From: an uncultured bacterium
GTDB lineage: Bacteria; Hydrogenedentota; Hydrogenedentia; Hydrogenedentales; JAEUWI01
Direction of reading: 5' to 3'
DNA: 14,487 bases
Assembly: GCA_963977445.1 (NCBI GenBank)
Contig: CAXBPH010000176.1
Span: 1 to 14,487 of the forward strand
The notes beneath the pieces are model-generated. The model saw only the letters and a list, made by a program, of their open reading frames with translations, was not told the DNA's origin and did no database searches. This document shows, in pieces, positions 1 through 7,203 of this stretch; the first letter of the stretch is position 1, and the number at the start of each line of letters is the position of its first letter. The position numbers and the translations under genes were made by a program.

Positions 1-49
1 CAGTAGGTTTAGCAAGCAAGGTGTTATAGTTACCTGGTACACATAGGTT

Positions 50-94
50 CTGGGGGGCGAGAGAACGGAGGTTCGAATCCTCTCACCCCGACCA
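50..94 (+). tRNA. 3' half of tRNA-Pro(GGG), fragment/pseudo-tRNA; probable att-site duplication
   Basis: CTGGGGG (anticodon loop, GGG) GCGAG AGAAC GGAGG TTCGAAT CCTCT CACCCCG ACCA: intact T-arm, 3' acceptor strand and CCA. Upstream sequence lacks the matching CGGGGTG 5' acceptor strand and the CTCGY 5' anticodon stem. Confidence 0.75.
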
Positions 95-103
95 TTTATT
101 TTT

Positions 104-139
104 AAATCCCTTTCAGCACTTGCTGAAAGGGATTTTTTT
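104..139 (+). terminator. Rho-independent terminator after the tRNA fragment
   Basis: AAATCCCTTTCAGC-ACTT-GCTGAAAGGGATTT perfect inverted repeat running into a T tract. Confidence 0.85.
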
Positions 140-491
140 GTTGGTGGACACATCTCCATAGCCCACACACGATGCGACCTTGTCGGATCCGGTGGCACGG
201 CTGTTTTTTCGAGGCCAATCGGAATGGTGTTTGTCGCTTTACCACAGACCGACACCGCCCCCTGAATTTCTGGGAAGACTACCCCCCATTGGCGGTTTAT
301 AGAATGCGACTATCTACAAATGTGCTTTCGTGGACGTCTGATTATCGAGTAGTGATTGTATACACGAAGCTGTCAAAACGCACTCGAAATTCCCAATTGT
401 TTCGTCACATTCCAGGTGATAGACTCGTTGGCGCAGTAATTTTCAACGCTCCAGGGGCAGTTCGACCGGGGTAGGACTGGAGATAACAACA

Positions 492-869
492 GTGGCCAAA
501 CGATCCAACCAAGAACGCGACGAAGAACGCAGTAAGTCCACTTTAGACACCATAACGCGGTCCAAAGAGTTTGGAATCACCGAATTTCAGGTCTCCATTC
601 ATGACAACCCGTGCTCCATTTGCGCGCCGTATCAAGGCAAGGTATTTTCAGTTCGAGAAGTTTCCGAATTTCCGCCGCTCACCAAACGTCCACCCTTTTG
701 CGCGGGATGTCGCCTCATTCTCCTGCCCTACGTTCGACGCCCAGGCCAAAAGGGAAAGGAAATACACGCCGCTTTGGTAAAATTGAGTAATCAGGCCTCT
801 CCTATCGCCAATTCACTGCCCGGTTTCCATGAGGCAGTTGCCGAGACCCGCGCAGAGGCCGGGCAATGA
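492..869 (+). CDS. Small protein with phage minor head/MuF (SPP1 gp7 / minor capsid)-like motif
   Basis: GGAG RBS before the GTG start. VSIHDNPCSICAPYQGKVFS...PPFCAGCRLILLPY resembles the C-terminal CxxC..GKV(F/Y)S..PPxHPNCR motif of MuF/minor capsid proteins. Confidence 0.6.
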   Translation: MAKRSNQERDEERSKSTLDTITRSKEFGITEFQVSIHDNPCSICAPYQGKVFSVREVSEFPPLTKRPPFCAGCRLILLPYVRRPGQKGKEIHAALVKLSNQASPIANSLPGFHEAVAETRAEAGQ

Positions 870-1138
870 ACAGGAAAAACAACTACAGCATTGACGACCC
901 CATCTTCGGGTTTGACGAGGATTTTGAAGTGGGCGCGAATAAGGTGCTCATGCTTGGGGGCTCCGACGCATATACTCCAAAAAGCACGGCCACACCCCAC
1001 CCGAATCGCCCTGAAAGGGCGGCGCTGCATATCGCCCATCAAACTGCGTCGCCCCTTCAGGGCTCTAATACTTGGAAAAACCCCATACCCAGAGCGTTGC
1101 CCTGGGCTGGGGGCTGCCATGCCCCTTCGGGGCGCTAA
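866..1138 (+). CDS. Hypothetical short ORF, possibly a truncated gene running into repeats
   Basis: ATGA overlap with the stop of 492..869. The first ~35 codons encode an acidic, protein-like segment; the remainder is read through REP-like palindromes. Confidence 0.3.
   Translation: MNRKNNYSIDDPIFGFDEDFEVGANKVLMLGGSDAYTPKSTATPHPNRPERAALHIAHQTASPLQGSNTWKNPIPRALPWAGGCHAPSGR
1007..1133. repeat. REP-like palindrome group, left arm of cluster 1
   Basis: Hairpins CGCCCTGAAAGGGCG (1007-1021), CGCCCCTTCAGGGC (1050-1063), CCCAGAGCGTTGCCCTGGGCT (1088-1108), GCCCCTTCGGGGC (1121-1133). Confidence 0.75.
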
Positions 1139-1164
1139 CAAGCATGATGCGTTCGACACGCAAC

Positions 1165-1514
1165 GGGACTCAGACATTCCTGTCTGAGATGGCGAACGGG
1201 TTGGTTCCCACGGTACGCGACAGACCATTTCACCCGGCGTCCATTGTCCATTGTCCAATGGAAGGACGATGGCGATTCGCGTATTTTTGGTAGACGGCGA
1301 GGGTGTTTTGAGGGTGGTGACTCACCTTGTCTCAGACAAGAATGTCTGAGTCCCGTAAATACGAAGGCGCTGGTTCCACGGTTCGCATTGGACCTTTTCA
1401 GGGGCGTAGGTTGTGCAATGGAAAGACGATGGCGATTCGCGTATTCTTGGTAGACGGCGAGGGTGATTTGAGGGTGGTGGCTCACCATGTCTCAGACAGG
1501 AATGTCTGAGTCCC
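1165..1514. repeat. Three copies of a 24-bp palindromic REP-like unit GGGACTCAGACATTCYTGTCTGAG
   Basis: 1165-1188 forward; 1331-1354 and 1491-1514 reverse complement. Each has a CTCAGACA/TGTCTGAG stem. Confidence 0.85.
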
Positions 1515-1531
1515 GTGGAAACGAAGGCGCT
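1202..1531. repeat. Tandem duplication of ~160-170 bp
   Basis: 1256-1371 vs 1416-1531 align without gaps at offset 160 (about 9 mismatches in 116 nt by eye). Weaker similarity extends to 1202-1240 vs 1371-1408. Confidence 0.9.
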
Positions 1532-1589
1532 AGGCGAACTCGGGAAACCTGCATGCCATGAAGGGCACCGAGACCCGCGCAACATCTTC

Positions 1590-1636
1590 GGCCCGAAGGG
1601 CCAGGGCAGTTCAAAAGCCCAGGGCAACGCCCTGGG
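1590..1636. repeat. REP-like palindrome group, right arm of cluster 1
   Basis: GGCCCGAAGGGCC (1590-1602) plus AGCCCAGGGCAACGCCCTGGG (1616-1636); the latter matches the reverse complement of 1088-1108 at 20/21. Confidence 0.8.
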
Positions 1637-1654
1637 AAAGCACGTCCAATCCCC

Positions 1655-3343
1655 CTACAGCCCAATCAAAGAGATTTCTCCCCAGTAGGCGGCTTCGTAG
1701 AACCAGCCGGTGGGTTGGTTGAGGATTTCCACCTTTATCTTTTCGCCTGCGTAAGGCTCGAGATCGATGTCGACGGTGAGCCAGCCGTCGGTGACGGTTT
1801 CGGCGCTTACGGGGGCGTTGTATTTTTCTTCGTCGTTAATCTTTACGATAAGTTGCCAATCGCCGCCTTCGTGGTGACTGACGACGAGGTGGAGTTTACC
1901 GTGGCTGTTGGCGGGGATGATGCCCTCGCGCCAGATGACGCAGGGCGTGGCGCCGTCGTCGGGGTGGGTCAGGAGGACGCGCTGGCGGTCGAGATAGGTG
2001 GCTCGGATACCGGGGTCCATTTCTAATCCGCAATCCTTGATTAGCCAGCCGGGCGCAAACTCCGCGATGGTCACGTTCATGTCGGGACGTCCGTCGCTGA
2101 GGTTTTTGGCGCGGATGTGGGTCTCCATGTCTTCTTCGCTGAAGCGACTGTTGGCGATGGGGCCGGGATTCCAGCTTTGTTCCAGGGTGGCCAGTTTTGG
2201 CTTGGTCTCGGGGATGACGAAAGTTTCTTTGCCGTCTTGCTCAACGACAATCTCGCCGCCCGCCCGAACTATGGCGTCCCGTGCGAGTTTTTCGGAGATG
2301 ACGAGGAGTCCATCGAAGGTGTATTCGGTGTGGGAGAAGACCGTATCCCGATCCAATGCCGACGTGTACTTGTCGGGTATCTGCTTCAGATCAAGGGCCG
2401 TAAACAGGATGCCCGCCGCACTCGATGGGTTGCAGTCGGAGTCTTGTCCACAGCGGGTGGCGATGTCGATGGTCTTGTCGGGGTCTCGCTGGCCATAGAG
2501 GAGTCCCATGACAATATAGGCCCCATTGATTTTGGCGTCGATGTTGAAAGTCTTTTTGGCCCCACCGCAGGAGGCTTTGCGGTAATCGAGATTCTCGTTG
2601 TACTTGGCTTCTATGCGTGCCCAGGAGGCTTCCCAATTCTCTGGGGCCTCTTTCCACCAGGCGATGACGTCGCGGATGCATTCGGCGTACTGACTTTCAG
2701 CGGGAATGCACTCCAGGCCCTTCAGGATGATTTTCTCGGGGTCGGATTCAAAAAAGGCAGCGGAATACATGCCACCGACAAACTGACCACCATAGATGCC
2801 GTCGCCGTAGTTCATGACACGCCCGAAGGTTTCTCCCAGGGTGATGGGCACATTGGGCAGGCCCGGTGCGATGAGGCCGGCGTAGTCGGCTTCGATTTGA
2901 TAGTCGATATCGTCGGCATGGTTGTTAAATTGTGGATGGCCAGAATCGGGTGGCGCGATGCCCTCCCGCAGGTTATTGCGTCCCGTGCTGTTGGCGTGCC
3001 AAAGGGGATAGCGGCTGGCGGCGAAATCGAGACCGGCCTGACGGAGAGAGACATCCCAACCGTAGGTCTCTAAGGATTTCAGGAAGGTCATCTCCACATA
3101 GAGGTCGTCCTGCCAGAATTGATTGATAAAAATGGGCTTCCATTCGGGCATGTCCGATGCGGGCACCATGCGGCCGTTGAATTGAAACTCCGTGGGTGCC
3201 CCCTGCCCCACGCCGGCCATCTGCCCTATCCAGCCAGCGGTCATGCGGCTCACATATTCCTCCGCCGGAATGCGTAGATAGGTTTCCTGACCGTGGGTAA
3301 GTGCGCACAGGCTAAGGGTTAGAAACAGGACAAGTCGTTTCAT
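1655..3343 (-). CDS. Secreted ADP-ribosylglycohydrolase-family protein with extra C-terminal domain
   Basis: Likely start MKRLVLFLTLSLCALTHG (signal peptide) at 3343. Family motifs: AGWIGQMAGV..GAPTEF, QDDLYVE, GQDSDCNPSSAAGILF. The C-terminal ~120 aa look beta-rich. Confidence 0.8.
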   Translation of the reverse strand: MKRLVLFLTLSLCALTHGQETYLRIPAEEYVSRMTAGWIGQMAGVGQGAPTEFQFNGRMVPASDMPEWKPIFINQFWQDDLYVEMTFLKSLETYGWDVSLRQAGLDFAASRYPLWHANSTGRNNLREGIAPPDSGHPQFNNHADDIDYQIEADYAGLIAPGLPNVPITLGETFGRVMNYGDGIYGGQFVGGMYSAAFFESDPEKIILKGLECIPAESQYAECIRDVIAWWKEAPENWEASWARIEAKYNENLDYRKASCGGAKKTFNIDAKINGAYIVMGLLYGQRDPDKTIDIATRCGQDSDCNPSSAAGILFTALDLKQIPDKYTSALDRDTVFSHTEYTFDGLLVISEKLARDAIVRAGGEIVVEQDGKETFVIPETKPKLATLEQSWNPGPIANSRFSEEDMETHIRAKNLSDGRPDMNVTIAEFAPGWLIKDCGLEMDPGIRATYLDRQRVLLTHPDDGATPCVIWREGIIPANSHGKLHLVVSHHEGGDWQLIVKINDEEKYNAPVSAETVTDGWLTVDIDLEPYAGEKIKVEILNQPTGWFYEAAYWGEISLIGL

Positions 3344-3509
3344 GGAAAGCTCCGAAGTCACTTGGGGACGATACCGTGTGCCAGGTCGGGCAGAAACCGA
3401 TGGGTCGCTCGAGCCACACCAGAACATTGGAGCAGAACCCGGGGTATCCCGTCAAACGACCATCACAGTTCGAAAGGGAGAGAGAAATGGTCTTGCCAGT
3501 TAATAGTCA

Positions 3510-3538
3510 TTGACTTCCTGTGAGGTCAGGACTAGCAT
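3510..3538 (+). promoter_or_regulatory. Candidate sigma70 promoter for the DUF2892 gene
   Basis: TTGACT (3510-3515), 17 nt spacer, TAGCAT (3533-3538). Confidence 0.4.
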
Positions 3539-3615
3539 GAATACAGTACGTGGCATTTTGTCATGTTTCCGAAAACCTACGCACCTGATTTCTAGCGTAT
3601 GGGAGTTTGTAGATT

Positions 3616-3894
3616 ATGTATTGGGCACGCACAGATGGCTGGTATCTGGAACGGATAATATGGTTGGTGGCCGGAACGTTTACGCTCGCTGGTACCTTGC
3701 TTGCCTGGCTGGTGAGCCCCTGGTGGCTCCTGCTGACTGCGCTGGTCGGGGTTAATCTGTTGGTTTTCGCCTTCACCGGGTTTTGTCTGATGGCCAACAT
3801 CCTCACCGCACTGGGCGCTCGATCCCAAGTCACCTGCCCATCGTCGATTGCGTCGGATGGGGATGGCAAGGTCGATGGGGCGATGGACGCTTAA
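3616..3894 (+). CDS. DUF2892 / YgaP-like small membrane protein
   Basis: LERIIWLVAG..LLAWLVSPWWLLLTALVGVNLLVFAFTGFCLMANIL: two TM helices with the family's ER...G...TGFC motif. GGAG upstream. Confidence 0.8.
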   Translation: MYWARTDGWYLERIIWLVAGTFTLAGTLLAWLVSPWWLLLTALVGVNLLVFAFTGFCLMANILTALGARSQVTCPSSIASDGDGKVDGAMDA

Positions 3895-3986
3895 ACGCCC
3901 GGACTCACCACACCCTTCCTCGCAATCTCTCGGCTCTAACTGTTCCCATGAGCCGGGTTACCCGTTTCTCTAACCGAATAAACGTG

Positions 3987-4016
3987 TTGACTTACGAGAA
4001 TTCTATTACCTATAAT
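3987..4016 (+). promoter_or_regulatory. Sigma70 promoter of the Rrf2 gene
   Basis: TTGACT (3987-3992), 18 nt spacer, TATAAT (4011-4016). Confidence 0.65.
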
Positions 4017-4029
4017 CCCGCTAGGAAAT
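4005..4029. promoter_or_regulatory. Putative Rrf2 operator 1 (CCTA-N9-TAGG)
   Basis: ATTACCTATAATCCCGCTAGGAAAT overlaps the -10 box; 20/25 identical to 4504-4528. Confidence 0.65.
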
Positions 4030-4036
4030 GGAGCCT

Positions 4037-4489
4037 ATGTTTTCTTCTAAAGCACGATATGGTCTGAAAGCCATGGCGGTCCTCGCGGATCGGTATGTGG
4101 AGGAGAGCTTTATCTCCGTGGATGATATCGTTGCTACAGAGCATGCGCCCGCCAAATTCCTGGAGAGTATCCTGACCCAATTGCGAAAGCAGGGCTTGCT
4201 CCTGAGTCGCCGCGGGCCTTCCGGGGGCTATCGCCTGGCCCGGTCTCCCGAAGAAATAACCCTGGCGGAGGTGGTCCGTACATTGGATGGTGCCTTTGCC
4301 CCCACCACGTGTGCCCGGACCCGCAACCCAATCTGTTGCGAAGGATGCGACGACATGGAGCGGTGTTATATCCGGCCCTTCATGCGTCGGGTGCGAGACG
4401 AGATGGCCCGTGTGTTGGAAGGTCAGACCCTTGCCAATCTGGCGGACCGATTCCACAGCGACTCCCCCGCTAGCGATATCAAGCTGTAA
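4037..4489 (+). CDS. Rrf2-family transcriptional regulator, Cys-rich
   Basis: SKARYGLKAM, FLESILTQLRKQGLLLSRRGPSGGYRLARSPEEITLAEVVRTLDG. Cys cluster C-x7-CC-x2-C-x5-C. Alternative start at 4028. Confidence 0.93.
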   Translation: MFSSKARYGLKAMAVLADRYVEESFISVDDIVATEHAPAKFLESILTQLRKQGLLLSRRGPSGGYRLARSPEEITLAEVVRTLDGAFAPTTCARTRNPICCEGCDDMERCYIRPFMRRVRDEMARVLEGQTLANLADRFHSDSPASDIKL

Positions 4490-4503
4490 ATTTTTTTATC
4501 CTA

Positions 4504-4528
4504 AATACCTATAGTTCCACTAGGAATT
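4504..4528. promoter_or_regulatory. Putative Rrf2 operator 2 (CCTA-N9-TAGG)
   Basis: AATACCTATAGTTCCACTAGGAATT in the AT-rich gap upstream of the permease. Confidence 0.65.
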
Positions 4529-4601
4529 AGTTGTAATCAGGTTTTGCCTGTATCACTGTGTAGCCGACGTCCAACTGGGCGGATAGAACAAGGAATTCAT
4601 C

Positions 4602-6392
4602 ATGGGATGGGAAGCCATATTAACCCTCGTTGTGGTTGTCGGGGTGTTGTCTGCCCTCATGCGCAACACGGCATCGCCCGTCTTTATTTTGCTCGCGGCG
4701 CTGGGTGTAATCATGACCGCGCAGGCCCTGTCGGGTACGGATAAATTGCCCTCTGCCAATGCGGCTGTTGCGGGTTTTGGAAACGCCGGTCTCGTGACGG
4801 TGGGCTTTCTATTTGTGGTGGTTGCCGGGTTGATTTACACCGGCGCGCTGGACCGGGTGGCCACGCCCCTCCTCGGTCATCCCCGTTCCGTGCGCAGTGC
4901 CCAGCTCCGTTTGTTGCCCATGGTCTCGGTATTGAGCGCCTTCTTGAACAATACACCCCTTGTGGCCATGTTCATCCCCGTTTCCCGCGATCTGAGTAAG
5001 CGCACGGGGATACCGGTCTCCAAACTGCTGTTGCCCCTCTCCTATGCGGCCATATTTGGCGGTACCTGCACGATCATTGGCACCAGCACCAATTTGGTGG
5101 TCAATGGACTCGTAAGCGCTACGCCGGGCCTGCGCCCCATTGGTTTTTTTGAGATCGCGTGGGTGGGCCTTCCTGTCGCCACCATCGGATTGCTTTACGT
5201 ATTCCTATTCTCCGATCGGCTACTGCCGTCTCGTGGTGCGGCTATCAATGTGGGCGATGATCCCCGTCGGTACACGGCCGAGGTGCGGGTTGCTGCGGGC
5301 GGTCCCCTGGTAGGGCGCAGTATCGAGAAAGCGGGGCTCCGCCACTTGCCGGGCTTGTACCTTGCCGAAATTGAACGGAACGGTCGTATACTCACCGCCG
5401 TGGGGCCCGACGAGGTGCTGGAGGCCAACGACGGGCTTGTCTTTGTCGGAATTATAGATTCGGTGACGGACTTGCATCGTATGCCGGGCATCCTGCCCGC
5501 CACGGAAGAGATATTTAAGCTGCCGACGCCCCGAGAGCATCGGTGCCTGGTGGAGGCGGTCGTTTCCCCGGCGTGCCCGCTCATTGGAAAGAGTATCCGT
5601 GAGGGGCACTTCCGAGAGCGCTATGAGGCGGTAGTCCTGGCCGTCGCTCGTGGCCGTGAGCGCCTTGAAGGTAAGTTGGGCGACATTGTGCTGCAGGCAG
5701 GCGATACGTTGCTCCTGGAGGGCCATACGTCCTTCTCCGAGCGTCACAGCAATTCGAAGGACTTCTATCTGGTGAGCGGTATCGAAGACTCGGTGCCCCG
5801 ACGACACCACCGCGCCTGGATAGCCCTGCTCATTCTGACGGTGATGATTGGTGCTGCGGCCACGGAGGTGCTCTCCATGCTCAATGCGGCCCTTCTGGCG
5901 GGCGGGTTGATGTTGCTTACGGGGTGCTGCACCGGGCGGGAAGCCCAACGGAGCGTCGATTGGTCTGTGCTACTGGTCATTGGCGCTGCCCTCGGGCTCG
6001 GCAATGCGCTGGACCAGAGTGGTGCGGCGGGCTTTGTGGCGGAGCGTTTGCTGGGACTTGCGGGTGGCGAACCGTGGGTCGTCCTGTTTATCGTTGTTGC
6101 CGTTACGTCGCTTTTTACGGAGTTGATTACGAACAACGCGGCGGCCGTGTTGGTCTTTCCAATCGCCGTGGCGGCCGCCCAGACGATGGGCGTAAATGAG
6201 ACGCCCTTTATTGTGGCTATCATGGTGGCGGCGTCGGCCAGTTTTGCGACGCCTTTTGGTTATCAGACGAATCTGATGGTCTACAGTCCCGGTGGTTACA
6301 CCTTTGGCGACTACCTGCGCTTTGGGATTCCTCTAAATATACTCATGCTCGTATTGGTTACCCTGCTGGCTCCGCTCGTCTGGGGCTTTTAG
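4602..6392 (+). CDS. SLC13/DASS-family permease with two TrkA-C (RCK-C) domains; candidate sulfate or di/tricarboxylate transporter
   Basis: SAFLNNTPLV, GGTCTIIGTSTNLVV, two SPLxGxSI-type TrkA-C repeats, TELITNNAAA, FATPFGYQTNLMVYSPGGY; many TM segments. Confidence 0.9.
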   Translation: MGWEAILTLVVVVGVLSALMRNTASPVFILLAALGVIMTAQALSGTDKLPSANAAVAGFGNAGLVTVGFLFVVVAGLIYTGALDRVATPLLGHPRSVRSAQLRLLPMVSVLSAFLNNTPLVAMFIPVSRDLSKRTGIPVSKLLLPLSYAAIFGGTCTIIGTSTNLVVNGLVSATPGLRPIGFFEIAWVGLPVATIGLLYVFLFSDRLLPSRGAAINVGDDPRRYTAEVRVAAGGPLVGRSIEKAGLRHLPGLYLAEIERNGRILTAVGPDEVLEANDGLVFVGIIDSVTDLHRMPGILPATEEIFKLPTPREHRCLVEAVVSPACPLIGKSIREGHFRERYEAVVLAVARGRERLEGKLGDIVLQAGDTLLLEGHTSFSERHSNSKDFYLVSGIEDSVPRRHHRAWIALLILTVMIGAAATEVLSMLNAALLAGGLMLLTGCCTGREAQRSVDWSVLLVIGAALGLGNALDQSGAAGFVAERLLGLAGGEPWVVLFIVVAVTSLFTELITNNAAAVLVFPIAVAAAQTMGVNETPFIVAIMVAASASFATPFGYQTNLMVYSPGGYTFGDYLRFGIPLNILMLVLVTLLAPLVWGF

Positions 6393-6429
6393 GCGACACG
6401 TTCATGGAGGCATCAACCGTTCGTTTGCA

Positions 6430-7203
6430 CTACGGGGTGGTGTGTTGTGCTGTGGCGGGAGCGGCGTCGCCCGAATAGAAAAGACGTCTTGTTCCATCTT
6501 CGCCTTGAAGGACCAGTCCGCCATCGTGGTTGTATTCCAGGAATGTCCCGGTTACGTGTTTTTCCCCATCACGAACGCGTACGGTCGTTCCCGGTGTCCA
6601 TCCCAGGTTGCTGTAGTCGTGCCTTATGCCGGCGAACCCACTGTTTGCCCATTGCTGGAGTGGAATCGACATGCTTGCCAGCAACTGCGTCAACGTTTCG
6701 TCTAGTTCGTGTTTGGTGTCGGTCTCCAGAAAGAGGGACGTGACGGGTTGGTCAATTCGTGCGGCTGCGGCTGCGTCCATGTTGATGTTGAGTCCTGCAC
6801 CCGCCACGACGGTAATACGGTCTGGGTGGCCCGTGTTGACCGACTCGCAGAGGATGCCGCCGATTTTTTTGTCCTGGACAAGGATATCGTTGGGCCATTT
6901 TATCGTTGGCGACAGCGCCGTTTTTTGAAGAAAATGGGCGATACCCACCGAAATGGCCTGGGCCATGGCGGGCAGGTAGGTCTGCTCAAGGGGCGCGTTC
7001 CAAAGGAAGGAAAAGGTCAGGTTCTCGTTGGGGGTGGTGAGCCACTGTCGTTGCTGACGTCCCCGGCCTGCGGTCTGGGTCCGTGCAGCGATTACGGTAC
7101 CACTTGGGAGGTCGGGGTTCGATTTAACATCGGCGATGAGGTGGGAATTGGTGGACGGCAGGCTGTCGTACCACGTCACCGGTAAAAAAGTGAATGCACT
7201 CAT
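6430..7203 (-). CDS. birA: Biotin--[acetyl-CoA carboxylase] ligase, class I (no N-terminal HTH)
   Basis: [34 protein letters not shown] motifs. ATGA overlap with the upstream gene. Confidence 0.93.
   Translation of the reverse strand: MSAFTFLPVTWYDSLPSTNSHLIADVKSNPDLPSGTVIAARTQTAGRGRQQRQWLTTPNENLTFSFLWNAPLEQTYLPAMAQAISVGIAHFLQKTALSPTIKWPNDILVQDKKIGGILCESVNTGHPDRITVVAGAGLNINMDAAAAARIDQPVTSLFLETDTKHELDETLTQLLASMSIPLQQWANSGFAGIRHDYSNLGWTPGTTVRVRDGEKHVTGTFLEYNHDGGLVLQGEDGTRRLFYSGDAAPATAQHTTP

Noticed and set aside
172..474. 100-aa ORF after the tRNA terminator
   Set aside because: No clear RBS or recognisable motif; more likely leader or degenerate sequence.
1165..1514. Possible CRISPR array
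   Set aside because: Mixed repeat orientation, spacers of about 136-142 nt that duplicate each other, and no cas genes.
791..1627. Several 60-155 aa ORFs across repeat cluster 1, and similar ones across cluster 2
   Set aside because: They are translations of palindromic repeats with no convincing RBS or domain features.
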